From Ophelia neglecta (taxonomy: Eukaryota), in contig OZ260661.1 of the NCBI GenBank assembly GCA_965285935.1, positions 138,818,001-138,882,000 of the forward strand: DNA of 64,000 bases, given 5' to 3'. Shown in pieces: positions 1 to 13,089 of the stretch (its first letter is position 1; the number at the start of each line of letters is the position of its first letter). Made by a program: the position numbers and the translations under genes. The notes under the pieces are model-generated. The model was not told the origin of the DNA and ran no database searches. It saw only the letters and a program-made list of their open reading frames with translations.

Positions 1-39
1 AGGCAAAGTACCCATAATGCTTGGTACTTAAACTCACTT

Positions 40-361
40 GGGCTGTTTTTTTTTTTTACGTTGCTTTCTACATTTATATGGTCATATCGCCACGGTGTCT
101 ACTTGTAACAGTTGGCTCAATGCAATCTCTATAGTGGCCTGCCTCACTTGAGTACCTGCCGTAGACACCAGTCAGTGAACCCCACCCAGTCACATTATAC
201 TGACACCGGGTTGACCAGTCCTGATACTACCCCGAAATGCCGGGCGCCTGGCAGGAGAGCTATTAGTACCTCAATGTACGTCTTGGGTTTGACGCGATCG
301 GGATTTGAACACAGATCTTCCACTTGCGAGGCGGACACCTTAACCACTCGGCCACGCCACC
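40..361 (-). mobile_element. Full-length tRNA-derived SINE (Meta-domain type)
   Basis: Minus-strand head has A box TGGCCGAGTGG and B box GTTCAAATCC. Central block GGACTGGTCAACCCGGTGTCAGTATAATGTGACTGGGTGG resembles the MetaSINE core; A-rich tail. 11-bp TSD TAAACTCACTT at 29-39 and 362-372. A second copy lies at 27105-27522. Confidence 0.88.
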
Positions 362-1908
362 TAAACTCACTTCATGATAGTACACTATTAATCGAAGGCC
401 GAGTGGTTTTGAGTGGTTGTGGGTTGGGGGTGTGGTGGAAAGTGGTGGAAGGAGGTGAAGGAGCAGGTTCTTTTAAAGGGAGGACTAAGGAGGGGGAGAC
501 TGGGTGATAGTAATGGGTACTCATACACCGGCCTACCATGTACAGGTATTTATTTTGGATCTTTCGGGACTAAATTCTGAATGACATTGGGGAAAGATTA
601 TTAGTTTCAAGCAAACAAGTATGAGACGTGATGTCTTATGCAGCATATTTATAAAAACTTACCCTGCATGCCGAAAAGTCAATCTTCGATTGAACGGGGT
701 GTTCAGCCTGTAAGTATTAGACAAGGGTTTAAGAAAATATGATGTATTGCGTATTTTCTAAAAATGCCGACCAGGTGTAAAATTATGAATTCTTAAACAT
801 CTAATTTATTAAGGTAGTCTTGGATAGCCTATTGTCAACATAAAATTTCAGATTGTCACTTTTTATTAAAATTCATGTCTATAAAGTTATTATTGTAGTA
901 TCCATTTACCCTATCATCTTTTACCCAAAATTAGAATATTTACGTTATTTACGTTCTACACAATAGTGAAAAATGAAAAACCTTTAGAGACACAAAAGAG
1001 ACTTATTTCATAATAAATTCAAACATGCAGTAAATACCAAACTGAACTGGCAGAAGTGGAGACATAAAATAATCATTTTACTTTTAGAATTTTAAAAATA
1101 TCATTAAAGGTAGGCCTAATTAAACGCCAATCGAGACATATTAAAATTGAACATGCCAGCGCACCTACAAGATATGTCGGCTACATCTTGATATTTCCTA
1201 ACTTAAGGAATAATGTAAACAAGCCTGCGCCAGTATAAATATTATGTAGAGTGATAACTCTGTTAGAATCCACTGGTGTAATAATTGTTTTGTGACTATA
1301 TGGTTTATATCCTACTTATTCAAATGTACGATCTGCCGTGTAAGAAGGTGGTGCTTTTAAAAAAAGATTTTGTTTTGGGATTGTTTCTAGGCGCTTCATT
1401 TCTTTCCAGGGCATTTTGTTTTTCTGATAAAAATGTTAATTTTACAGTAGTCAACAAAACAACTATGAGCTCCCGGCTTATCGCGTTTTTCTTTTTCTTG
1501 CGTCACAATGAAGTGTGGATTCCAAAAGTTTAGCTTTTCAAATATTAAGAAGCAGATTCATCAAAGAAGCGTGAACAATATGGAAGGTAGAACAGGGTTT
1601 TTGACCACATAAAATATACGGACAAATTGTGCAGACAATAATTACATGCAATTATTTATGACCATGTTACTAGAAATGATAACACAGTGGAACTACTAAC
1701 GTTAGACTAAGATGTCTGTTTCATCTCATTCACAGGGAACACTATTTCTCAATAGAATATTTAATGTAGATTTCAACAAAGACATTTTGCTTAACGTTGA
1801 TGGCGGTTTTGTCAAAACATTCAGATCGTGTGACATTGTTGATTATCATTAGGTAGGAACCTCACTCACATCGACCTGTGAGAGTTAATATGGAAAGCAT
1901 CTATCATA

Positions 1909-3078
1909 TTACAGACACAGCGAACGAGGTAATTGTTCGTGTGTTACGCCACTCACACCCCTCGCGCCTACATCCCCCATCTGATCTCTTAAATGCATAT
2001 AATTAACACGTACTGGAGTATACAAAAAGACCTGATCCGACATATAGTTGGTAGTTTGAAAAAGTACCTGATCACCATTTTCCTCGATTCCGATCTTCTT
2101 AGGCTTGAAAACCTGCTGCAGTGATAGCATTTGGCCGCGAAAAGGGCGTATGCAGGTCAACTCTATAGCCTTTTCGAAATCTTTAATGAGAAGATTCTGT
2201 TTTCAAGAAAATGCCTAAATCTTATACGACCGTTTCTAACGCTCTTAATACCATAAAGAAGCTTATGTCAAATATATTATAAACTGTTAAAGCAAATGGT
2301 TGTTTACGAACCTATGGGGTATTTGAATATTAGCAAGGCCATCGATAGTCTTTGACTAAAGTCGATATTCTCTATGGGAATGCTGACAAGGCGTGAGACA
2401 AAGTCTAGTAGATCTGAGCCTTCACTTCCGGGAGGTATATTTGTTACCAGAAGCTTTTGGTTATCTGGTACATGTGCAAAGCTGACTGCAGGAGCAAGCA
2501 TTTCAACTTGAACGTTATTCCCCTTGGGCTTCTGGCGGACGCTTGCCACTCTTCTGGCAACTGAGTACAGAAATATAATTTGAAAATATAAATACTAATT
2601 ATATTCATCGTGTTGCTAATTATCAATGTTGACAAAATTGATGAAAAAATTAATATAAACACGGCAATCTAGGATCTCTGTAGTTACCTTCGACAGACTT
2701 GTACGTTATGGTCACACAGTGGTTTTTCATTACATCGTCGCAATAGAAATCCTCGATTGAATCACCTCCAGACCTGTGTTCGCTCTCGAACCAAAGCTGC
2801 AGGTAGTCCATGTCCATATCTGTTGGAATACCAGTTACCACTACCGCCAGACTTTGTCTTTGGTCAGCATAGTCTAGAAATAATGTTATTATCATCTCAT
2901 GAGAAAAAAAAGGTTTATGATTACTATACAATAATAAACCATTCAACTACATATATTTACACTTTCAACATTACCTTTACAGAACAAACGAAATTAAAGA
3001 ACGATCAGAAACAAAAAACTAAAGTTAGCAATACCGTTGTTAAATTTGCTCACTTCCTTTTCTTGTTTCTCTCGGGGC
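1909..3078 (-). CDS. Second (duplicated) RRM block: linker, RRM1', RRM2' and truncated RRM3'
   Basis: SLAVVVTGIPTDMDMDYLQLWFESEHRSGGD..ITYKSVE parallels SLAVVVTDIPPEIDTDYLELWFESKNRSGGD..ITYKSVE of block 1. Exon sizes are 44/186/249 versus 44/183/258 with identical phases. Confidence 0.82.
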
Positions 3079-6000
3079 CTTTGACGGAAATACAATTAAA
3101 ACATATCGTAGCAAATCTCTTTTTCGTATTGCAAAATTCACAATATTAATAGGCCAAACACTCTACCCATTTAATGCTACAATGTAAAGTGTAAACAAAT
3201 ATTCATCTTACACTAATGAACACAAGAAAAGCGATAGAGGAATTACTGTAAATATATTACTGAAAACAACACAAAGAATATTTTACCTCTCCTGAGTATT
3301 ATCATATTTAGATGGAGCTTCTAAAGGACATTCGCCTTTATAGGTCTGAAGAACGTATTCAGTATGACTGCATGAAACTCCCAAGCTGTCATAAAATATT
3401 GAGAGTCGCACTTGACGTCCCTTAATGGTGTGACGCCTTTCCAAAACGTTTTGGAAAACTGTGAAAGAAATTGTGTTTATTCGCTTGGTTTTATAAATGT
3501 CGCACAGTCAGGTTTCTGGGTATAATTTGGTATATGCGCAATGTTGGTTACTTATCCTCGCGGGAATCAATGAGTGGATAACTTTAATAATAGTAATTGA
3601 CGAAAACAAATAGGTCACACATATTTTCAAAGTATTAAATGCAAGATCTAAAAGGTCCAAAGGTATAAAACATGTTTAGAAGATTATTAGATCTAAGGTA
3701 AATTTGAGTTTTGTACAGGCTATAAATAAGGCATTTTTCTAAGGTATATCATTCATATACAATATCAAACATTTAAACCACCAGACAAAAGATCTAATTC
3801 AATTCGGTAAAATACGATGCTATGAAACTAGCTTTGAAAGCTACTTGTGATGTTGGGCTCCTTTACGAAGTTGTATAATTAAAAAATACATAAATGTAAA
3901 AAAACACGTGGTTAACAAATATTCTTATGTATAACTTAAATTTTCGAAGCCTTTTGTGCAAGAGAAATCGGAGGGATTCGTGTGAATGCAATAATCAGTC
4001 TTGCTTGCTCAAACACTAAAGGCGTGCTTGGTACGTATGTTCAATGAAATATTAAACTGTATCGCACCCTTCCAGGAAGTGTTTGAATGTGTCTCAAACT
4101 GGCGACTTTTTGGCAATATGATAATCGTAGAAAATCCAAACGTTAAATATTTCATTTCAATTTTCTGATCCGGTGTCGGTATGAACATAACAGAAGACCA
4201 AGATATTTTCCTTGAACCTACCCTCGGACTGCTCAAAATGGATTAAAGCATAGTCCTCATCAAGATGGGGATCATATTTCACAATTCTTCCTCCTCCATT
4301 TCTCCCGCTTTCGAAGTAGTAAATAACTAGATCTTCGTCCAGGCCTTTGACGCCATTTACTTGGACAGCCTTTGACTTCGAAACAGGCTGAATTGACAGT
4401 ATCTTTCCCCGATACGGTCGCAACTGGTAGGACCTTGCCATCATCATGAATTCTGTACATCAAAGAAAATATAAGATACAATACAGGAAACATTACATTA
4501 CATAAAACTAAATTTACTATAATCCACCCGGTGGTCGGAAATTAATTGTGGTATTTTTTCTTAGGGTAAATATGAGTTTCTCGGTTAACAGACACTGTAT
4601 TATAACTATGCGACAATCCAGTTGAATGTCTCCATACTCTAATTTTATAATAACCTTTACATGTATTTGAATAAAACTTCTAGTCCTGTAATTTCCATCT
4701 CAATTGGCAGTTTATTTTATTCTTAGAACTGACTTCGTTTTGTCCCAAGCGTCCACTCGTTATTTGGCAAAACGTACCAGTTAGTAATGTGTTGAGTGAC
4801 GTTTGGCTAAAACATGAACATGGGAACGGAAAGAAAAAAACAGTGGATTCCCGGTAGACAAAACCAAATCATTGACAAAGAAGAGGGCACCAAATCGGTC
4901 CGAAATTATCAGGTACTAGCGGCACATAAAAATATTAACTTCCAGCTCAACATTAAACAAAATAAAACATTTGAAAACAAAAGTTGACTTCACTGGAGAT
5001 GCACACCGCAACGCTACCCCATGAAACTCAAGAATGCTCACCAGGGGTGCAATTAGTTTATGCATAGCCAGATCTTTTTGTACTTCCGTGATATAGAATG
5101 ACCTTGAGAATTGTTTGCTCGACAACTTGTTAGCCAAATAAAAATTGGTGAGTTAATTAATTGGATTAATTTTCAGATAATAAAGAACGGAAAGGACGTA
5201 ATTTTTTTTTAAACTACACAGTTTATGGGAATTCACCCCTAAAGACATGCTAATGTTTATTCCTTACCATAGTTTAAGTTCATTCAACATTTCGGAAACA
5301 ATTTTTAATGGATAAACACTCTTTATTATATTTACAAACCTATTGGGCATTTAAATTTCACCAAGACTTTGTCGGGATTCATTCCACGCACAAGGCATTC
5401 AATGGGGCACGTTTGGTAGCGGACGAGGAAGTGTTGTAAATGTTGAATACTGCTTCCAATGGGTACGTTTGTAACAAGAATCAATCTGTCATCAATACAA
5501 CCCTCCACGTGTGTAACAGGGGGATCAGTGGTAAGCAATGCAACTTTAATTTGGATTCCTTTTGGGCACTGGACCGTTGCAGCCACTCGCTCTGCGACTG
5601 AATGGATAAAGGAAACGCAAGGGCAATAAGAAAAGCTGTCAACAAATATAAACCCTATGAGCTGTGACGGGGTATTGCTGTTTTGTTTTATTGCTGTAAT
5701 GAAGTTAAATATAACTGGCAATAATATATAGAAGTAACGTTCAACGCACGAGAAAATGGCTGTTATTTCACGGTAGAATTATTGCTAGTATAACGGAAAA
5801 GTAATGTTGTAAAGCAAGACCAAAAATCTTATTAAGGCACCAGATACCTTAACTATGAGACCATAAAAGTTACCTTCGACAGATTTGTAGGTTATAGCGA
5901 CAGAGTTGTTTATAGTAATTTCGTCACTGTAGAAATCCTCCATAACGTCGCCTCCTGATCTATTTTTACTTTCAAACCACAGTTCTAGGTAGTCTGTGTC

Positions 6001-7718
6001 TATTTCTGGCGGAATATCGGTAACCACGACGGCTAAACTTCGTGTGCTAGAAATGTCTGCAATTAAACCCATGTCAAAATAACATTAAATATTCTCAGCT
6101 AACTATCCGCTTTCTTATCAATATTTCCCAAGAGGCACTATCTGTTAATAATAACTCTTATATATTGAAACTAAAATGCATTGGTATTACACAGGTTGTA
6201 TACATGTATTCTAGTGGTTACATAACTTAAGGGCTACTAATATTAATTATACCAATAAGCGAAACCGTAGCATCCAATACATAACCAACAGAAATAATTT
6301 TTACCTTACCTGCTTCTATACTAATATCTTCAAACTGTATATCCTGATTAAACCTAACGTCAAATGACACAGGAATAAAATAGATAATGTTTAGTACGCA
6401 TATGTACAACGAAAAGAGATGTGGGTTCTTAGAAGAAATGGGTGAGTTAATCAAAATTGACTGTACCTACCGCTTTAAAATATCATCAAATACGGGTCTG
6501 CTTGTTGGAACAAATGATAGACAACTCTCCATGACATTCTCCGTATCTTGTAACTTATCGCGAAGGGCACTGTACGTCTCAGATTGCTCGGGTAAATGAC
6601 GTTCACTGAGCAGATCTGCGATGCAGCGTTTTAAATCGTTTGATGAACGTGTATCTGACTTGAACTCCTTTTGAAATGGATATTCTAGGTCAGGATTCAG
6701 AAGACAGAATAAAATGCATCCATAAGCCCACACATCAATCCTTTTAAGATCAGAAAGACTCGCTGTTTTCAAATAGCCGAGAATTGTCTCTGGAGCTTGG
6801 AATGGAATGGTTCCTCTATCAACTCGAGAGGTCTGAGACGCCAGGGCCGTGCTTGTCTGGATGTTGTATGATCTGGCTTCTCCAAAATCTGTTATCTTGC
6901 AGTTGATGATGGTATCATCATTTACAATCCCATCTTTTGTATTGCCCACAAGGATATTTGATGGCTTCAGGTCTCGATGAGCGATATTGTTTTCGTGAAG
7001 GTACGAGAGTCCTTGGGCAGTATTCTTTGCAATAAGTCTTATTATGTCATACTCTTCTTCAAATGACACCACTGCATCACATTCATGCAACATCTTTAAA
7101 AATTTAGCGAGGTTTGTTACTTTGACCTGTATGCTATATGGATTAAAATCAAATGAGACATATTCCAACATAAGAGCAAATGGTTCCGCAACAGCTCCCA
7201 ATAAAGACACCACATTGGGATGAGAGAGTTCTGAAAGAACTTTCAGCTCTTTCACAAAACGTTCAAAAAACTCTCCTTCTTCTCCAGTTATGATATTTTT
7301 CAGAACGCACTTCTTGGCTGAAAATGGGTGCTATACTTTACAAATGATATGGTGAAAGATATAATATTTAGGGTTGAAAAAATGCCATGCTCATCTATAC
7401 GGGTTCATACATACTATGTTCTGTATTATACGTGCCGGGTATATATAACCGTGGTGTAAAGTGCTCACCTGTATCTGATTGAAATGACACTAGTTCGACC
7501 TTGCCATAGGCACCAGTTCCGATGAACTCTTCAATATTAAGCTCATCTAGTCTCCAGATCTTTAGTCCAATATCTTGCAAAGCTTTCGCGTGAGATTCAA
7601 GTCTTCCTTGAATTGCTTTAGACTTGAGTTTTATTTTCTTCTTTTCCATTTCTGCAATAAAAAATGAAGCTGCTGTTACAGAAGGTGAAGCATTCAAGGA
7701 GCGGTTGCGACTGGCCAT
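1909..7718 (-). CDS. Protein kinase fused to five PARP14/PARP10-type RRM-like domains (~911 aa, 11 coding exons)
   Basis: Exons (minus): 7718-7469, 7317-6471, 6353-6310, 6056-5874, 5597-5340, 4452-4222, 3458-3287, 3078-3035, 2873-2688, 2560-2312, 2180-1909. All introns are GT-AG with compatible phases; total 2736 nt with no internal stop. The last exon is provisional (alternative donor CAG|gtactt near 2067). Confidence 0.8.
3287..6353 (-). CDS. First RRM block (linker plus RRM1-RRM3, PARP14 N-terminal-like) of the kinase-RRM gene
   Basis: AVVVTDIP..DYLELWFESKNRSGG; DRLILVTNVP..VLVKFKCPI; KAVQVNGV..DLVIYYFESGRNGGGRI..ALIHFEQSEVFQNVL..VRLSIFYDSLG. These match the (Y/F)FE-x-x-R-(S/N)GGG and YxSLG signatures of PARP14/PARP10/NMI-type RRM-like domains. 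Confidence 0.85.
6471..7718 (-). CDS. Kinase-domain exons of the kinase-RRM gene
   Basis: IGTGAYGKV (G-loop), CVLK (VAIK lysine), FVKE (alphaC Glu), HPNVV, LMLEY, HRDLKPSN, DFG, RGTIPFQAPE, DVWAYG and subdomain XI Arg (PTSRP) are all present. Phase-1 intron 7468-7318 joins SDT-A-KKCVLK. Confidence 0.93.
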
Positions 7719-8635
7719 TCTTGTAAACAGCTAAGGAATGTAGCTTTTTGTTTTGGAATTCGAGGTTTGCCCCCGTAGACTTTTTTCACCAGCCAAGAAA
7801 ATTTGATTTTGAACATGTGACACTCTTCAAATGCGGCAAATTTATAGTAAATGTTTATAGCTGGTGCCTGAAAATATCTGAAAAAGTTACAAAGTTACAA
7901 CGGTATCAAGCTTTATTAATATGCGTCCATTTTAGATTTGTTTAAGAAACGGCTTTAAGAAAAGGCGAATTTACTAGTTTCCTTATGCGGCTTCAGCGGA
8001 CGACTTTCTGTCTAGAGAGGGGCTAGTAACAGGGTTATGTAGAGGGTTTAACTTGTGTAAGCAATATTCTAAGTGCAAGAACATGCCTTGTAGATCCCGG
8101 CGAGATCTTTGCAACTCTGATCTCACCTGCAGAGCACATCGAGACTAAATAACTGTCTGCTGGCACGGCCATATTTGTCACTGGTGTGCACATCCCATTT
8201 GCGGTTGTTTTGCAGTTTCACTCCCAAGGATTATGCATTCGCTCACGTGCCCTATTGGCTGAGCGTCCAGGCAGAGTGGCTCTGGCGATGATTTATTCTT
8301 TGTAAATGAAATAATTATTTCTTTCGACTTTTCAGCTTTTAGTCTCATATTATTTTCGTTTGATCAATTAAGGATTTCTCCGCCTTAAGTGGAATTATAG
8401 ACCCTTACTGTACTGATGATACAAGCAACCGCCATTCGCTTGACCGCCATTTGTATACACTAAATACTCGTATATTGAAACCATGAGATGTTGATTCAAC
8501 TCACGCATTTGTCCAATAAACAAATCATACATGTTTGAGCTCTATGACTCTGCGATAATAAAAGCATAATCGGTGAACGATCGCCGTTACAGGGAGAATG
8601 CATATCGGATGAATCAGTAGTTGAGTCCACATTAG

Positions 8636-8798
8636 NNNNNNNNNNNNNNNNNNNNNNNNNNNNNNNNNNNNNNNNNNNNNNNNNNNNNNNNNNNNNNNNN
8701 NNNNNNNNNNNNNNNNNNNNNNNNNNNNNNNNNNNNNNNNNNNNNNNNNNNNNNNNNNNNNNNNNNNNNNNNNNNNNNNNNNNNNNNNNNNNNNNNNN
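8636..8798. other. Assembly gap (163 N)
   Basis: Run of n characters. Confidence 0.99.
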
Positions 8799-10689
8799 AT
8801 TTACATACATGGGCTTTAGAATTGTAAGTGCCCCTGTTGGATAATTTCGGAAGTAGGCACGGAGGCTTATCAGACAATCATGATACAGAACGAGACTTGC
8901 CCTCACTTGACCACGAAAAAAGGAACAGCATATAGTAGAATTTATGTCAAGAAAGGCCTACTTCTTTAATTCATATAGTTGAAAAAGAAAATTAGTGTAC
9001 TATAATATAAATAATTATATTAATACAATATGAATTATAATATAATAAAATAACACCTTTAATGATGCTAGATGTGCCATCATAACAATGATGATAGTAA
9101 TCAAAATTATACAAATAATGAAAATAATTATGCTTTAATACGTTTGATTAACGGATTTTGGATTAAAAGCATAGTCGTGGGAGCTTGGAGGGCGGGGATT
9201 TTCAGTCACTTCCATGACCTCCGCCTCCTCCTAGCCTCGGCACCTCCACCACATTTAACCAATGGCCTATTCACATGGCGTAAATATAGAATAAATGTCT
9301 ATAGTTTATACACTGAATGAAGGGGTAATGTAATGTTTAGCGTAGGGTAAGGTTGAGGGACAGTGTTAATAGGGAAGTGTTAGGATCTATAAGGTTAGGC
9401 TAAGGGTGAGAAAGGTTAGTAGAGAAAATGTTTATCATTTTTCTCGGATTATCATTAATCTAGAACAACATGGGTGGGAATAGGTTTCGGGTTTACTAAA
9501 TGCCTTTTTGTGTGTGTAGAGATGAGTTCGACTGTATTCACCTGCACAGTGGCATGTTATATCATATAGAAACTTTCCTTCAAATCTAATGATGCAGCCC
9601 TCTACAGGCCAGAGGTTTGCTTCACTTTAAATATGTACCTTATATTGCAAGGCAAAAGTTCTCTGTTAATGTTCAAAATTCATACGCCAACTTAATTATG
9701 AAGATGCCCTTGTCTTTTGTTCTTGAACTCAATTCCAACTCCCTCCACTCGTTATATCTTAAAACAAATGTTTTCCCCGAAAATGAAAGTTGTGGGAAAA
9801 TACCCTGAATACCAAGAAACCTGAGAATAGATTACTCTGGTTTTTCACAATGGGTAGAGCATTGGTATTTTTTTCATTTCAACAGATCCCAAAGCCGAAT
9901 GGGGGTCTGCTGCCAAAGGTCTCAAAAAGGGCATGCATTTTCCGCAATTTGCAATAAAGCCATATTTACTGGGAGAAGAAACTGTTTTGGGCTCTTTTAT
10001 CGCCTTTAACTCTACAGACACAAAAAGGCATTTAGCAAACACAAACCCCCACCATTTACCGCAAAATCGGTAATGGTAAGATTAACCCCCAACCCCTCTG
10101 ATTGCTGAGCTATAGCCAAAACAAATGGCAGCGGCGGAGAACATGGCCCAATGCATATCCCCCACTTTTTTCAAGAAAATGATGGGGGCAAAAAGATATT
10201 TATCACTGTATAAAATGAACCTTTTGATACCTTCTGATGCTTGGAAATGGTCAAAATGCCAAAATAGCAAAGCATTTCAGAAAAAAGGACCCTTAGCTAG
10301 TGATTTTTTGTGGAAACGGACTTATAGCTAGGGAAAATCCCCCCCCCCCCCAAACGACCCTTCCTGGCGGCACAAAGCTATAGAAAAATATAGTATGATG
10401 AAATATGCCAAATGAGAGCGGAAATTAGTGGATTTCTCACATTAATCCATGTCAAAGATATACATTTTCATGTCATTTTCGCTACGCTAATCTTCTAAGG
10501 TAAAGACACTAAGGCTGACACCCAACCACAAGGTCGTTATCTGCGGTTTACGGTATCGGGAAAATAAGCTCGGTGGGAAAATGTTCATTAGGCCTATAGG
10601 TCAATAGTTATCTGAGCGGATAAGTGGCAGAATACTTCAAATGTGGATACAAGTATGAAATTTCTCACAGTTGTCAAATCCAGCAAGAT

Positions 10690-12930
10690 TTTTAGTAGTG
10701 GCTAACAAACCATCAGGTGGCCAGTTCTCACTCCAGAGAAAAAAATACCACATATACTCCTGGTTACCATAGGAACGAGGTTATGTTTCGCTAAGTAGAG
10801 ACTATTTTCGCTGTCTATTTTTCATTCAATGTTGAATAACTTTTTACTTCTTGATTTTTGCTGCAACATGTAGTTTCGAAAAATGTTGCATAGGTCATTA
10901 GCTTTCCAACGGTATATTAGACACGAAGTGTTGGGCGAAATAGTTACCCAGGTAACGGTCTGAATATACCTATTCCTAGAGCTAAAATTGGCTTTTGTTG
11001 GATTTTGATAGACATTCAGATGTTATAAGGACAGAAATTTTACTTCCGAAGATATATAGGAAGATGAACCTCCCCATGGCACAAAAACTATGTAAGCTGG
11101 ACACTTCCGCCTTATGAGACATTTTGATTTGGCCTTGGTTGCCATGGTAACGGGCACCAAACATCCAAAAGGTCAGGCCTAAATTTAATTGCTGCTCCCA
11201 GAATCAGGTAAAATCGAACAAGATTGTCGTTAGTGGTTAACAAACTATCAGGTGGCTAGTGCTTACTTGAGGGATAAATACCACATATACTCCTGGTTAC
11301 CATAGGAACCAGGTACGGGTTTGCTCAGTAGGTTCGAGTTTTGTCATGTATTTTGCAATAAGTGTTGAATAACTTTTTGGCACTTGATTTTTGCGTACGT
11401 GTAAGAAATGTTGCATAGGTCATTAGCTTTCCAAAGGTATACTACACACAAGGTTTAGGGAGCAATCATCATCACCTAGGTAACGCTTAGAGTATACATA
11501 TTCCTATAGTCAAAATTTGCCTTGTTTGTTTAGATCCTACACTCTGCCATAATATGGAGAGAAATTATATTTCCAAAGAGGTTTGTAAAAATGAGTCCCC
11601 TAACGTTTAAGAATGAAGTGAAATTTCTCTTGATGAGAAATTTGATTTGGCTTTGGTTGCTATGGTAACGGGCACCAAATTTGAAATGACTGAATATGAT
11701 ATCTGGTAAAAGCATATGGTAAAATTAGTGGAATTGTGGATAGAGCGTAATAAACTGTAAGGTAGCTACTATTCCCCTGAGGAGTGATAAATTATTTTTT
11801 ACTCCTTGTTGCCATGGTAACAACAATCGGGATAACAACATTAGCTGTTTTTAGAGTATGTAGATCTGATAATGTTCACCTAACGCAAGGAGAATTAAAA
11901 ACCATAGGCGGATCAAAACTATGCAATGTATGGAGAGGCAGAATTACTGTAACAGGAGACTTGTTACCATGGTAACAGTGTCTCAATTTGAAATTTTAAA
12001 GCTTTATACTGATTTCTATAATTTCAATAATTTTGCTTTGCCTTTCTATACAGCACTCAAACATATTATATATGTAAAGTGTAACTTTTAAGAAATATGA
12101 AAGATTGGTATTTTCTTCTGAGCAATTCGGCACTCCCTAGTTCATTCAACCATGGTTACTAAGGAGGTCCTTAGCATAGCATGTGCCATCCTTTTCAAAT
12201 TTATACAAGTTAATAGGAACCTACAGAGTGCAAGTGATCTAAAGAAAACACAAAATACCCTTGGGTAACATATGTTTCCATTCTGATAAAATTAATGTGC
12301 CTTTTTGTAAATCAAATAATAAGTTTGATTAAATAATAATCTACTGATGCATTCAATGATTCTCTGTCATTTTTTGTAAAGCCTGTTCTTCTATTTTCCA
12401 TTGTATGCACAAATGCAATTATCATCACGTAGCCAGTGATTATAGTAGGCTGTGGGTTTTTGTGGACCTTATTTGGCAAAAAAATGACCTCGTTTCTATG
12501 GTAAAAAGGAGTATATGTGGTATTTTCTCTCTCAAGTGAACACTAGCTAGCTGATGGTTTGTTAGCCACTACTAAAAATATTGCCCAACTTTACCAAATT
12601 CTGGGAGCAGCAATTAAATTTAAGCATTAGCATTGCTTATCGGAAGTTTGGTGCCCGTTACCATGGCAATCAATGCCAAATCAAAATGTCTTGCTCTGTC
12701 AGGAGGTACATTTTCCTATTCATCTTTTGAAATAAAATGTCAAAATAACTGCCAAAATTCAACAAAGGCAAATTTTGGCTATAGGAATAGGTATATTCTA
12801 AGCGTTACCTAGGTAACGATTGTGGCCAAAACCTTGTGTGTAGTACACCTTTAAAAAGCTAATGACTTTTGCAACATTTCTTATAACTAAATGTTGTATC
12901 AAAAATCAAGGGCTAAAGAGTAATACTGTT
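10690..12930. repeat. Composite repeat: two direct ~0.5-kb modules plus inverted pieces; probably a non-autonomous DNA element
   Basis: TAGTGGYTAACAAACYATCAGGTGGCYAGT module near 10697 and 11231, with its reverse complement near 12534-12574. Many GTTRCYATGGYAAC-like palindromes. Ends not resolved. Confidence 0.6.
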
Positions 12931-13089
12931 ATACACCCATTGGAGGTCCATGTCGGAGTTATCCCAAAGCCATGTGCATCAGTATTGCTATCAAAACAGT
13001 TTCGTCCATCAACAGTATTTACAAAAGCACCATCTGTTGGACTGACCAGGAGAAATAAGCTCACGCTGTACCCTGTATAAAGCAAGCAC

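Noticed and set aside
112-507. 131-aa ORF, and a tRNA-like sequence on the minus strand
   Set aside because: The ORF is antisense to a SINE; the tRNA-like part is the SINE head, with a SINE body, tail and TSD.
8496-8906. ORFs spanning the N run
   Set aside because: Artefacts of the assembly gap.
9330-9420. TTAGG/TAAGG-rich telomere-like stretch
   Set aside because: Too degenerate and short; more likely part of an interspersed repeat.
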